Part shown: positions 36,389-50,197 of the stretch, piece by piece | How the letters are laid out: the number at the start of each line of letters is the position of its first letter | How positions within the stretch are numbered: the stretch's first letter is position 1 | Program-made: the position numbers and the translations under genes | The notes under the pieces: model-generated | Told to the model about the DNA's origin: nothing | What the model saw: only the letters and a program-made list of their open reading frames with translations | Database searches by the model: none | NCBI GenBank assembly: GCA_951406725.2 | Contig: OX597826.1 | Coordinates: 14,012,001-14,076,000, forward strand | Source: Octopus vulgaris | Taxonomy: Eukaryota | Length of the DNA stretch: 64,000 nucleotides | Direction of reading: 5' to 3'

Positions 36389-36814
36389 GGATCTTTTCGG
36401 TTTGACCGGCAGTTTTTTAATATAATTTCCACGTAACTAAACACTTTTAAACTTCGTATACTGGTAGAATGTGTTTATAAAACATCTTTTTCTCTTAGCT
36501 TTATTGAGAAAATTCTATAGTTTGTAAGATATTTATTGTTGTTTTTCTTCAATTTCTGCAATTTCAACCAATCAATGACATTGAAGTAAAAAACATTCTG
36601 TGCCATATGAATATATCCCTCGTTTAAGAAACAGATTGGGTTTATTTACATTTCTGAAGAAAAAAAAAGATACCCTTCCCCCCACCCCTAACCCTAACTA
36701 ACCCTAACCCTAAAACAGATTGAAATGCAATAGATCGATACTAGGGTCATAATTATGGGTGACGATTTCATATGACACCGCTAGAAAAAACTGCCATTCA
36801 AACCGAAAAGATCC
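36389..36814. mobile_element. GGATCTTTT MITE with imperfect 8-bp TSD
   Basis: Flanks cttttctg / ctgttctg. Confidence 0.85.
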
Positions 36815-37387
36815 CTGTTCTGTTTTGGCTCACACTTTTCAGTTCCTTTAATTTTGTTCCAATTGATTTCAGATTTGGTGTATTGGTGTAGATTTGTATG
36901 TTAGTTATGGAAATGAAATTAATTTTTGTGACGTAAATTAAATAAAAAGTTAATAGCTTTTGAAGTTTGTGCAAATTTTGGGTAAGGTAATCTTAGCCAA
37001 TTGAAAGCCACAAACATATTGGTGCTTGTTTCTATAGTAACAAGCTAGTGTAGACTGCTTCACGTGTGTGTGTGTTTTGAAGAACAGCTATTTTTGGTTG
37101 CTGTCCTGTCACTTCATTTTCATAATTTTGAATTGGGTGTTTTCCCGGGACCTTAGATTTTGTTGTTCTTTCTTGCAGACCAAGTATCCACTTAGAGAGG
37201 TACTCTTATAGCTCAGTTGTTGTAGAGTACATGTGATAGTGCAAGAAGTAAGGGAATGATGGTGATAGCAGTAGTGTACTACACAGGTAGTAGTATGGTT
37301 AGTGGCATTAGTAGTGGTGATGGAGTATGAGAAATAAATACACTCTTTTTTTGCCACTGAAGAGAAACAATATTTTTGTATTTGCAG

Positions 37388-37438
37388 AGTTGACTTCAAT
37401 GTTCCAACCAAGGGCGGCAAGATCACCAACAATCAAAG
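37388..37438 (+). CDS. PGK: Phosphoglycerate kinase exon 2 (51 nt)
   Basis: Acceptor tttgcag|, translation (R)VDFNVPTKGGKITNNQ(R), donor |GTAAGT. Contains the PGK signature RVDFNVP. Confidence 0.95.
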
Positions 37439-38764
37439 GTAAGTTTTAATTTTATTGATTTTTTTTAGTGTGTGTGTGGGTGTATATAATTGCGTATGAG
37501 TGTGTGTATGTATATATGTGCGTGGAGGTGCAAAGCTTAGTGGTTAGTGTTGCACTCATGATAAAATGAATATGGTTTCAAATCCTGGACTGGGTGATGC
37601 ATTGTGTTCCTGAGCAAAACACTTTGTGAACTCCATTCCACTCGGCTGGCAAAACTTAGTAATTCTGCAAGAGACCGACATCCCATTCAGGAAAGGAATA
37701 TACACGTCACAGAATTTGGGGAAACTGGCTGTGTGAACCTGTGGCTTGGGTACGACATTTGATCTTTTTTTGATGTGTATATATATATGTGTGTGTGTGC
37801 ATGAATGCTTGTGAACTGTATGGAGTAGTTCTCAATTGGCAGTGAGAACAAACCCAAGAATTTCAAGTCTATGGCAGCCACACAGAAATCAGTTATCAAC
37901 AGAAATTTTGAGGGAGATCTCATTCTCTGTGGACACAAAATTCATACAAGGGGAAGCTGTAAAGTTCCTGGCTTTGGGTAAAAGAAAATACAAGAGGATC
38001 AGTTAATTATGATTTTATTCAACATATTCCCCTCTCAGAGTCACACACTTATTGTGGCACAACTTCAGTTTTTCTAAGTCCTGTAAATAGAAGTCACACA
38101 GTTGGGCCTTCAGCCAGGCCTTTCAGGATACCATTATCTAGAATTCGCCCCCTGATGCTTCTGGTGGAACTGGAAAGACATTTCCTGATTGGTTTATTGC
38201 TTGCCAAAATACTTGTCATCATACAGATATAACTATCATGTAGGCTTTTGTTGCGGACACTTCTCAAATAGTTATACATACAAATCAATATTGTGAATAA
38301 GGAAGGGGTCATTCACTATCCTGCAGAATTTTAAAATTCTTTGTAAACTTCAGATATACCACAACACAGATTTCTGCTAAGGAAAGAGTCCTCAGTGTGG
38401 CTGTTGCATAATTTAAATAACCATGGTTATACAATGCCACAAGACTCATGATTAAGGAGAAAACATGCCACCCTGTCCTCGAGGTTACTTTTCTCACTGG
38501 GTGCACTGAAGAAGAGAGGACAGTTATAGTCAGAATTCCACTCATATCAGCAGATGTGTTCTTTTGATTGAGAGCACCTTTAGTGCCCAGTATACTTAAG
38601 CTTTGCTGTATCAGTGAAATTCCAGGGCAAATATCATTCATTGGATTGTGATTTAACCCCTTAAGCATTCAGATTACTCTGTCACATTTAATGCTTATTT
38701 ATTCACAATGTTTTGAATTAATCATGCATTATCTCATAGCATTGAGATTTTGGTGATGCAATTG

Positions 38765-39628
38765 TATGAGGTCTGATCAGTCAGTATCCGGGCTGTTGCC
38801 ATAGTAACGAAGCTAAAGCATTCAAAGTGAAGCCGCTTGGTACAAATTGACCTTGGACTCTGCTGTGCATGCACACTAAGTTTTCACATTCTGGTTCACT
38901 TTCACTGTTTACAGCAGTGCTTGGAAGGAAGGTGTGTAACATGTGATCATTACATTGGCCATGATAGAGAAAGTTGTCATGGCAATACCTGCTCAGGGGC
39001 CTACGTAGTGTTGCAGAAAGTGTATGAGTGGTTCAGACGTTTCCAAGAGGGTTGAAAAAATGTTGATCGTGACAAACGTTTTGGGAGACCTGCAACCAGC
39101 AAAACAGAAAAACATTGTAGATGTATGTGCAACTGTGAGAGGCAATTGTTGAATCACCATCTGTGAGTTATCAGAGGATGTGCAGATTAGTTACGGTTCA
39201 GTTCAGTCCATTATCACTGAAGATTTGGATATGAGATACGTGTCTGCCAAGTTTGTGCCAAACCTGCTTTCAGCTGACCAAAAAGATAGTCAGGTTTCTG
39301 TTGCACAAGATCTTGATTGCGTTGAGAGCGATGAAAACCTTTTGAAAACTAAGTGTAGGCCTCTGAGCAGGTATCGCCAAGCTTTTGGCAAAATTTGATG
39401 AAGATTCTCTGCTCAACTTTTCCTGTCATGTTCAATGCGACGATCTCATGCTACACATGTTCCTTCCAAGCACTGCTGTAAACAGCGGAAGTGAGCTAGA
39501 ACGTTAAAACTTAGTGCGCATGCACAACAGAGTTCAAGGTTAATCTGTGCTAAGTGGCTTCACTCTGTATGCTTTAGCTTTGTTACTATGGGAACAAATC
39601 CAGATACTTATTGATCAGACCACATGTA
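38765..39628 (+). mobile_element. Internally deleted mariner with ~190-bp terminal inverted repeats
   Basis: VYEWFRRFQEG...GRP...ISYGSVQSIITEDLDMRYVSAKFVPNLLS, long TIRs and TA flanks. Nested in TTAA MITE 38653-39697. Confidence 0.85.
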
Positions 39629-40347
39629 CGTTTAAGATTACATTGCAGGGTAGGTGTGAAAAGCTGGATATGGCCAGTTTAAATACTAAAGGGTTAAGGA
39701 ATCCTTTTTCACACATGGTCAGTTATATATAGGCTACTAAAGAATGGGGATGAAGGCCCATAACATCCCTCTTTATTTACATTCCAAAAATATTGTGTAT
39801 TGCTGACATAAGTATTGAGAATTCTGATGGCTATGATGCTGGGGTTCTTCACAGTTCTTAATATCTGTATTTGGTTTTCTCTGAAATCTCCAGTTTGCAT
39901 TCATTATCAGAAAGTTTCTTTTTGTGTGTGTGGTTCACTCCCCGATGCTCTGATTTCTCCTCATTTCTCAAGCAATTTCAAGAAATCAAAAGTTTCAAAG
40001 AAAGTTAAAATATTCTGTTCATTAATAATTTCAGAATAAAACTGGTTTTACTTTCACTTAATTCTGTTTTTATTTAGTATGCTTGAAATAACTTTATGCC
40101 ATTAACAGAGTTGATTTGAGAAATATTCCATATGTATTACCAATTTGTTGCCTGACTCTGTGTGTGTGTGTGTTTATAATTTAGTAGAAGCAACAGAGTG
40201 ACTCAAGGGCCTAGAGTTTCATGTATTGGCACAGCATACAAACCTCTTGGTCCTTGAATCACTCTGTTGCTTTTGCTAAATATTAATAAATATATACATA
40301 TAGTCACATTCTAAGTTCTATTTTTCCTGTTTGCATCACCATACCTA

Positions 40348-40395
40348 TATATACACACACAAGCACACCACACACACACAAACACACACACCACA

Positions 40396-40429
<34 letters not shown>

Positions 40430-40463
40430 ACACACACACAAACACACCACACACACAAACACA

Positions 40464-40502
<39 letters not shown>

Positions 40503-40860
40503 ACACACACACACAAACACACACACACACACACACAAACATACCACACACACAAACATACCACACACACAAACACACCACACACACACACACACACACA
40601 CAACACACACACACAAACGCCACACACACAAGCACCACGCACAAACACTACACACACTACACACACACACACACACATACACACACACTACATGCATACA
40701 CACACACACACTACACACATACACACATAAATACATACACACATACACACATACACACACACAACACACATACACACTACAAACATACACACACACTACA
40801 CACACATACACACACACTACACACACATACACACACATACACACACACTACATGCACACA
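40348..40860. repeat. Imperfect (CA)n microsatellite
   Basis: Read directly from the sequence. Confidence 0.95.
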
Positions 40861-41143
40861 GTCTTTTTTCCTTTCCCTCCAACACATCTACCAATGACTG
40901 CCCCTCAGCCTGTGTTCATCACTCATATTATTCACCCCCCATCAATCATCCTTCACTCTCCCCATCCACTCTTGCACCCTTTATCCACCCACTTTTAGTT
41001 CTGTCTCTACTCTAGCAGCTTTTCACCACCTTTGCCATCTTTTTCCAGCTTCCCTCTCATTACTCTCACCTGCCTTTGTTTATTGCAAGAATCCATGTAT
41101 CTCCTCTGCAGGAAGAAACCCATTCCGATCCCTTATTTCTTAC

Positions 41144-41546
41144 TTAACCCATTAGCATCTAAACCAGCCATTTCTGGTCAAAATAATCTGTTTTATGTTC
41201 AAATCTGCCTGATCCAGCCTCTCACACCTACCCTACAATGTCATTCTAAAAAGAAACAATGCCATCATTGAAATTTTGCAGCTACAAGATATGCATGATT
41301 AATTCAAAATAATGTGAATAAATGTTGTGTCGACGCCCCCAGATGAAGTAGGCTAGCCCAATACGTAGATATAAAGGGGGAAGTCTGTCGAGGAGTTGAG
41401 TAGAGGCCATCCGAACATGCGATATAACAGTGGAGACCTCTCTCTATATCTACGTATTAGGCTAGCCTACTTCATTGTCTGGGGCGTCGACACAACAATA
41501 AATAAGCATTACATTTGACAGAGTAATCTCAATGCTTAGGGGTTAA
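41144..41546. mobile_element. piggyBac-like TTAA MITE carrying a nested fold-back element
   Basis: ttaacccattagcat ... atgcttaggggttaa. Confidence 0.75.
41323..41497. mobile_element. 175-bp fold-back element, TGTTG..CAACA termini, 5-bp TSD
   Basis: ~60-bp TIRs. TSD ataaa at 41318-41322 and 41498-41502. Confidence 0.8.
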
Positions 41547-42193
41547 GCCGCATCATCTAGCATGAAGCTGTCTCCCTCTCTACTGTAGGGTCACTCAGTG
41601 AAAGGGGACCAAGCTGTGTTTCAACCTCACTAATACTAGTGCCATGGGAAGAGTACGCAGTACAAGCTGTAAATTGGTGGGCATTTGACCTTAGAAACGG
41701 TGCCAAAGGAGAGATTGGAGCAATGTATATTCCTCTGACTCAATCTATCCAACCCATGCCAGCATGGAAGACGGATGTTAAAAGTGGATCTTTATTTTTC
41801 TTATCTTTTGTTTCAGTCTGTGGCCATGCTGGGGCACTGCCTTGAAGAGTTTTAGTCAAACTAATCAACCCTAGTAATTATTTACTTTTTAAGCCTTGTA
41901 CCTATTCTATCGGTCTCTTACTGAACTGCTAAGTTACAGGGACATAAATACACCAGCACTGGTTGTCAATTTGTGGTGGGGGATGTGCGTAGACACAAAG
42001 ATACGCATGCACGTGTGCATCCCTCCCACACATATATGGGTTTCTTTCAGTTTCTAGCAAATTCACTCGCAAGGCTTTGGTTGTCTCAAGTTGGTTGCCC
42101 CAAGAAGACATATGCCCAAGGTGCCATCTCGTAGGAATGAACCTGTAAGCGTGTGGTTCGAAAACAAACTTCTTACCACACGTATTAATACCT

Positions 42194-42418
42194 ATTTCTT
42201 TATTACCCACAAGGGGCTAAACACAGAGGGGACAAACAAGGACAGACATAGGTATTAAGTCGATCACATCGACCCCAGTGCGCAACTGGCACTTAATTCA
42301 TCGACCCCAAAAGGATGAAAGGCAAAGTCGACCTCGGCGGAATTTGAACTCACAACGTAACGCAGACGAAATACCGCTAAGCATTTCGCCCGGCGTGCTA
42401 ACGTTTCTGCCAGCTCGC
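42194..42418 (-). mobile_element. Deu/Nin-like SINE with TSD
   Basis: Same family as 21172-21390, with flanking direct repeat cacacgtattaatacc. Confidence 0.85.
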
Positions 42419-42800
42419 CACACGTATTAATACCGATGTTTTACACATATGCAAGCATACACATTTATTTAATTTTTTTTAATGTTAGTATTGATTAGAC
42501 AAATCTATCATGGAGGAATAGCTTAACCTCTGATCGTCTTCCCAACACTGTCACTTGTTTTTCTAACAAAAGATCTTTTTATTTCATAAGTCTCCAGAGA
42601 TGAGAAGTGAGCGATTTATTTGACAGAAATGATGACAGCCTGCTAAGTAACTTTCATGGAACACAGACATGCACAGACACACACACATATACACACGTCT
42701 TGCTACTGGGATGAATTACCTTGCTAGGAAACAGGTGAGGGTTAATAACAGGGAGGGTGTTAACTCATAGAAATATACATACACACATGTATAAATATAT

Positions 42801-43212
42801 TACTCTTTACTCTTTTACTCGTTTCAGTCATTTGACTGCGGCCATGCTGGAGCACCGCCTTTAGTCGAGCAACTCGACCCCAGGACTTATTCTTTGTAAG
42901 CCCAGTACTTATTCTATCGGTCTCTTTTGCCGAACCGCTAAGTGACGGAGACATAAACACACCAGCATCAGTTGTCAAGCAATGCTAAGCGGACAAACAC
43001 AGACACACAAACACACACACACATATATATATATATATACATATATACGACGGGCTTCTTTCAGTTTCCGTCTACCAAATCCACTCACAAGGCTTCGGTC
43101 GGCCCGAGGCTATAGTAGAAGACACTTGCTCAAGATGCCACGCAGTGGGACTGAACCCGGAACCATGTGGTTGGTAAACAAGATACTTACCACACAGCCA
43201 CCCCTGTGCCTA
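42801..43212 (-). mobile_element. SINE family A
   Basis: Full-length reverse-complement match. Confidence 0.9.
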
Positions 43213-43954
43213 TATGGAGAGATATGTATGCATAATAGTGTAGATTCAAATTTGAAGTGACATATTTTGTTCAGTGCTGCGTCATGAACCTCTAATTAAT
43301 TAATTCCTGCTTGATAAAGCTTTATTATACACATCAACAAATGTATCTATTACTGTTATAAATTCTTATTGAATATGAATGATTATTCTGTATCTGTAGC
43401 TGATGATGTGCAATGACACAGAAATGCATGTGTACTATGGTCTGATATCATTCATGGCCTAATAGTGTGCTTATCATATATATTGTCTCTGAGCAGAATT
43501 TTTCAGTTGAGACTATTTCTGCAGTGTATTCCATTCTATATCCAAGTGTATAGTCTATATACACCTACATATATTATCTGTTAACAACACAAAGCAGCCT
43601 TTGTAACAAATATTAATTAGCACATCTCACTTATTTGAAGGTGTTCTTTTGAAAGCAGGACACTGTGATAACTGTTCTGAAAAATCATCTTGTATGGCCG
43701 TTTGGTGCTTTGAAAAAGCACAAAATATATCAGACGATCAGTTGACAAAATTTTGTCAGCACTGGCAGATGGCGCTGTTGTATCCTGCAATTTCATAGTA
43801 AATTGAGGAAGGTAGAGCAACAGGCAGCCAAGCACCCCTATACTATGTGCTTTTTATAGCACCTAATGTCTATACAAGAATACTCTGGATGATTACCACA
43901 ATCTACACTGTTCTAAATAACATCTCTGAGCTAAGTTAGATGTGCGAATTAATG

Positions 43955-44334
43955 CATATATAAATATGTGTATGTATGAATGTGTCTGTATGTGTGTATG
44001 AATATGTGTATATATGTATGAATGTGCGTATATATGTATATATGTGTGTGTGTATGTATGTATATATATGTGTGTGTATGTATGTATATATATATATGTG
44101 TGTATGTATGTATATATATATGTGTGTGTATGTATATATATATATGTGCGTATGTATATATATATATGTGCGTATGTATATATATATATATGTGCGTATG
44201 TATATATATGTATGCGTGTATGTATATATATGTGTGTATGTATATATGTGTGTGCATGTATATATGTGTATGTATGTATATATGTGTATGTATGTATGTA
44301 TATATATATATATATGTATGTGTATGTATATATA

Positions 44335-44367
<33 letters not shown>

Positions 44368-44400
44368 GAGTGTATATATATGTATGCGTATGTATATATA

Positions 44401-44435
<35 letters not shown>

Positions 44436-44596
44436 GAGTGTGTATATATATGTATGTGTATGTATATATATATGTGTGTATATATATATATATATAAGTG
44501 TGTATATGTATGTGTATGTATATATATATGTGTATGTATATATATATGTGTATATATATATGTGTATATGTGTATGTATATATATATGTGTATATA

Positions 44597-44642
<46 letters not shown>

Positions 44643-44771
44643 TGTGTATATGTACGTGTGTGTATGTATATATATGTTTATGTATGTATATATGTGTATA
44701 TGTGTGTGTATATATATGTGTATCATCGTATATATATGTGTATATATATACGTATATGTATACATATGTAT
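43955..44771. repeat. Compound (TA)/(TG) microsatellite
   Basis: Read directly from the sequence. Confidence 0.95.
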
Positions 44772-44960
44772 ACTCTTTTACTTGTTTCAGTCATTTGACT
44801 GTGGCCCTACTGGAGCACCGCCTCTAGTAGAGCAAATCAACCCCAGGACTTATTCTTTGTAAGCCTAGTACTTAGTTACGAGGACGTAAACACACTACCA
44901 TTGGTTGTCAAGCGATGTTGGGGGGACAAACACAGACACACAAGCATACACATAAATATG

Positions 44961-44992
<32 letters not shown>

Positions 44993-45173
44993 CATATATA
45001 CATATATACGACGGGCTTCTTTCAGTTTACGTCTACCAAACCCACTCACAAGACTTTGGTCGGCCCGAGGCTATAGTAGAAGACACTTGACCAAGGTGCT
45101 ACGCAGTGGAACTGAACCCGGAACCGTGTGGTTGGTGAGCAAGCTACTTACCACACAGCCACCCCTGCGCCTA
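44772..45173 (-). mobile_element. SINE family A (internal deletion)
   Basis: Reverse-complement match. Confidence 0.85.
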
Positions 45174-45655
45174 TGTATATATATAAATACGTGTATATAT
45201 ATATATATACATACACATACAGAGAGAGTAATGAGAAGTGTGATAAATAATGGAAAGAGATAGATTCAGGGTGACAAAGAGAGGAGAAGCATCAATCTAA
45301 AAGTGAGTTAATTCTTGTAGAAAATTATATTTTTTTATTATTCGGGATGCAGATTTCGAAAATTAGTTTTGTTCTTCTTGAACACACTATTTCCAAGCCT
45401 TCTTGGGCTAAACACATATACATAGCCACATACAGTGGCATTTATATAATAGATACGTGTATGTATGTATGTATGTGTATACACATTCACACACACACAC
45501 ATTAGGCAATGAACATGGGAGGGCAAGTTCCAATACATATTATTTTAATGGTTAAATAGAAGGGCAAGAGTCTTAATCTTTCAGATTCTAGTCCTTTATC
45601 AGAAGAAAGAAAAGGGCAACAAAAGAAAAGAGAAAATAAAAAGAAAAGGAATCAG

Positions 45656-46035
45656 ATCATCATCATTGTTTAATGTCCGCTTTCCATGCTAGCATGGGTT
45701 GGATGATTTTGACTGAGGACTGGCGAACCAGATGGTTGTATCAGTCTCTAATCTTGATTTGGCAGAGTTTCTACAGCTGGATGCCCTTCCTAATGCCAAC
45801 CACTCTGAGAGTGTAGTGGGTGCTTTTTACGTGCCACCGGCACGGGGGCAAGTCAGGCGGTACTGGCAATGACCTCGCTCGAATCCTTTTACACATGCCA
45901 CCAGCACAGGTGCCAGTAAGGCGACGTTTGTAACGATCATGCTCGAATGGTGCCCTTTTACGTGCCACTGGCACAGAAGCCAGTTGGCAGCTCTGGCAAT
46001 GATCACACTCGGATGGTGCTCTTGGCACCCTACTA
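45656..46035 (-). mobile_element. RTE 3'-UTR fragment
   Basis: Reverse complement of 27250-27800. Confidence 0.8.
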
Positions 46036-46476
46036 GATGATTAGCAAAAAAGAGTTACGGACCAGGTAGGATGTAGTGGGGTGGTGTGTACATGTATAGG
46101 AGGGTATCTTGTGTATTGAGATGAGAATAACGGAAGGTGTGTTTGTGTGTGTGGAGGTGTGCAGTGGTGTGGCATTGTGGCGGTGTGGGAGGATGGCGTG
46201 TTGGCATAACTGTATGGCAGAGGAGAGCATTGAGGGAAGGAGGATGTGGCATGTATAATGGTGGGACGAAAGGGAAGGTAGGAGGAATGTGTTGTTTTAA
46301 AAAAGGCTCATGAAAAAGCTGTATAAATAGTGAAGAATATATTAAAAATCTTGAAAGAAAATAGTTAATTGGTAACACTGAATAATAAAAGGATAAAAAA
46401 GCAGATGAGAAGAGACTGTCAAATTGGTCTCAGACAGAAAACAGAATAAGGAAACAATTTGTGGCTAGATGTTGAT

Positions 46477-46477
<1 letters not shown>

Positions 46478-46518
<41 letters not shown>

Positions 46519-46868
46519 GTTTAACATCCGCTTTCCATGCTAGCATGGGTTGGACGATTTGACTGAGGACTGGCGAACCAGATGGCTGCACCAGGCTCTA
46601 ATCTTGATCTGGCAGAGTTTCTACAGCTGGATGCCCTTCCTAGCGCCAACCACTCTGAGAGTGTAGTGGGTGCTTTTATGTGCCAGTCAACGACCTTGCT
46701 CTGTTTTTACACGTGCCAGTAAGGCGATGCTGGTAATGATCACACTCGAATGGTGCCTTTTACGAGCCACCGGCATGGAAGCCAGTGAGCCACTCTGGCA
46801 ACGATCACACTCGGATGATGCTCTTAGCACCCTGCTAGCACGGGGCACAAGTACCAGTAAGGCAACAC
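46478..46868 (-). mobile_element. RTE 3'-UTR fragment
   Basis: (atc)n tail plus a reverse-complement match. Confidence 0.8.
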
Positions 46869-47144
46869 TGAAAAGACATATATGAGGGAAAATAAAAGAA
46901 AGGAAAAAAATTTAAGAAAAGTGAAGAAAGCACAGATGGTCATATGTTAAAAAAGGAAATTTTGAAAAGATAGTATGTTAAACAGTAGGTGAGGCTTAAC
47001 AAGCAAATTGTTAAAATCCAGAGATGAAATAGGCAAGTGAAGTGGTAAAATCCAGTTGTGAATGGGTAGCAGAGAAATATGCAAAGGTGAGTATAAAGTA
47101 GAGATTGAAAAGTGAGTGCATGTATGTATATTAATGCATGTGTG

Positions 47145-48368
47145 CATGAGGTGCATTCTAAATGTATGTGACTTTATTTTTACCTGTCAAAATTAATGTT
47201 GCATGGATAGAATCCTTGGGCTGGAAGGTGATTCCATCCTTCTTGTGCATGCGTGAAAAGTTTCATGCTGGTAAATCTTGTCAGATTTTCGTTTTCATAC
47301 AAGATGATGGAATGTATTGAGTAGAACCCATGTTTAATCACCAGTGAGAATGGTCATGAAATCTGGGTTGTAGTTTGCACAGTCCGGCATTTCCTGTTTG
47401 GTGTTCATGAGGAATTGCTTCTGCTGTTTGTTTGTTGAGTGAAGCGGTCTTCGTGGGAGAAGTCCGAAATGTGGTCCTTTGCTATTCGTAAGACCCGCAG
47501 AAGAGAAAGCAGGTCAACCCCTGACACCGAGAGCATCGACGGATGGATGAATGCGCATCCAGGCTCAGCGGTTGCGTAGGAAGTCGGGGACAAGAAACAG
47601 GAAGAAGGAGTTTGAGGAAGTTGGGGTGAAAGAGTACAACAGGGGTCGCCACCACCCCTGCCGGAGCTTTAGGTGTTTTCGCTCAATAAACACACACAAC
47701 GCCCGGTCTAGGAATCGAAACCGCGATCCTCTGACTGTGAGTCCGCTGCCCTAACCATTGGGCCATTGCGCTTCCTGCTTCTGCTGTTATGCCAGCACCT
47801 TAGAGATGATTTATGCCAACACTCTTCACATGCACAAATCCTATATTAAAACAGAATGCACTGATCCTGTGCTTATTCCCACTTTGTGAACAATTTCTTG
47901 GATTGTTACATGTCAATTTTCCATGACTATTTGCCAAACCTTCTCAGTCAGCACCTCAATTTGGCTTGTGGATAGCCTGCCTGAGTGTGTCATTCTCTCC
48001 ACTGAGGTGTAGCTATGTTTGAAGCAGTTGTACCACTCCTTGATCTGAGTTTTGCCCATGGCATCACTGCCAAAGGCCTGCTGAGCCTTCTGGATGGTTT
48101 GTGCTTGAGTATCACCAAGCTTTTTGGCAAAACTTGATGTAATGTCTCTGCTTGATGTGTTCCGCGAAAACAAAAATCTGACGACTGTGTACTGCACATC
48201 TGTACCCTCGGCATAACAGTTGGGGACTGACATGGTCCACTGGCATGAAACTTTACATGCATGAGCAGGAAGGCTGTCGTCACTTCCCACCCAAAGGATT
48301 TTGCCCTCTCAGCTTTAGCTTTGGTGGAAAAAAAAATTAGTTAGATACTATTTCGAATGCACCTCATA
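47145..48368 (-). mobile_element. Internally deleted mariner interrupted by a SINE
   Basis: Ends tgaggtgcattc / gaatgcacctca. Protein remnants AFGSDAMGKTQIKEWYNCFK..SGR.STS and a TGD*TWV remnant near 47320-47345. Confidence 0.8.
47429..47775 (-). mobile_element. tRNA-derived SINE inserted in a mariner, 13-bp TSD
   Basis: TSD tgcttctgctgtt at 47416-47428 and 47776-47788, with a tRNA-like head. Confidence 0.85.
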
Positions 48369-49391
48369 GCAATAGTGCATGCGTGTGTGTGAATATTAGT
48401 AAGGGAATAATAATCAAGTGGGTGCATGTTTGCATATGTATGTTTGTGTGTACATGCGTGTATAATGTGAGAGAGAGAAAGTGCGCTGAAATAGTCAGCA
48501 GTAAAGGCATACTATTTGCATTAGGTAAGACCAGTTGTAAAGCAAGGTGGAAGTGGTTGGTAGTAGGAAGGTGTTTATGTGAGAAAATGTCTGAGTGTTG
48601 GCAGGTGTTTGGGTGTGCATTTTAATACAGGTGTGTTTTTATAAGTGTGTGTAAAATTGAGTGTAAGTCTAATAAAAAAGACCTACTATCTGCTTTAGTA
48701 TGGTTTCTCTGGCTGAAAGTCCTTCCTAACATCAACCACTTTACAAAATGTACCGGGTTTTTTTAATGTGATAGATTTGCAGAGGAAGTGAAGGACGAGC
48801 ATATCAAAATATTCAAATTTATAGGTGTGTGAGTATTCATGCATATTTAGGTGTGTTTAATAAGTATATGAACATGTATGTATAACTGTGTGAGTGTGTA
48901 AGTAAATTAGATATGGGGGTAGTTAGTCTATATAAATGAAGATATGTACATATAAGAGTGCATAGTGTATAAAGGATTGTGATGACTTGTCTTATTGGAT
49001 GGATAAGTTGTTGGATTCAATAAAAAGCTTGTCCATTGATATTTCGATGCTCAGTATGCTGTTTTAGTGACTTGGAATATCTGCAGCTGCCCCAGAATGT
49101 CTGATTGTCAAAACCAACCACCTAACTGTTTTATTTATGGAAGCCAACACAGCTGGGTACAGACTTGTATTGCTGACTCTGATTGTGAATCTGTTACAAG
49201 GCTAATTACCTTGTCAAATTTTTCCTGCACCTCCTCCATCTTTCTATAGTTCTTTTTATATTTCTTGAGAAGAAATATAGTTAACAGTAAACCACCTAAT
49301 TCAGACTGCTTTAACCCTTTTGTTACAGTATTTCTTTTTGAACTACACCATTTTTGTTTCAGTTAGTTTTGGAAATAAAGAAAGAATTTAG

Positions 49392-49771
49392 TGCTAGTAG
49401 GGTGCTAAGAGCACCATCCGAGCGTGATCGTTACCAGAGTGGCTAACTGGCTTCCATGTCGGTGGCATGCAGGAGGCACCATTCGAGCGGGATTGTTACC
49501 AGCATTGCCTTACTGGCACCTGTGCCGTTGGCATGCGTAAAAAGATTCGAGCGAGGTCATAGCCAGTACCACCTGAATGGCCCCTGTGCCGGTGGCACGT
49601 AAAAGCACCCACTACACTCTCGGAGTGGTTGGCGTTAGGAAGGGCATCCAACTGTAGAAACTCTGCCAGATCAAGACTGGAGCCTGGTGCTGCCATCTGG
49701 TTCGCCAGCCCTCAGTCAAACCATCTAACCCATGCTAGCGTGGAAAGCGGATGTTAAACAATGATGATGAT
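49392..49771 (+). mobile_element. RTE 3'-UTR fragment nested in a TTAA MITE (49311-49902)
   Basis: Matches 27250-27800. The host ends are ttaaccctt..aaggttaa. Confidence 0.8.
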
Positions 49772-50197
49772 TACTAAGCTGGTAATTGGAACATAAATTA
49801 ACATGGAATTTTAATGGGAAATTTTAATTTGGATCAATTTATATAGAGAGTTTGTGTCAAAAAGAAGCAGGGACAGTCTTGAGCAGATATCAAAAAGGTT
49901 AAGGGTACTTTATAGTGAAATTGCAAAATCTAAGAACATAATTTCTTTTTATTGGCAGAGAGAAGCACCGATAAGTGAAAAAAATGTTTACTGAAAGTAT
50001 AAACAAAGCCAGTGGGTCAAAGTTCTGGCTGATAAAACGCATGTTGAAACACTGGAATCTCAGAACGTTGTGCATCAATGAACTGACTGCTGAACACGGT
50101 CATGGTAAAAGGGAAAGTTTATTCCCCTATTATGTACACCACAACGCTCAGCCTCTTTTGCTTTTGAACTTGCCTAGTTGTGTTACAAATAAATATA

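Noticed and set aside
36685-36712. (CCCTAA)n telomere-like tracts (also ~5630, ~32690)
   Set aside because: Internal part of the GGATCTTTT MITE in each copy, not interstitial telomere.
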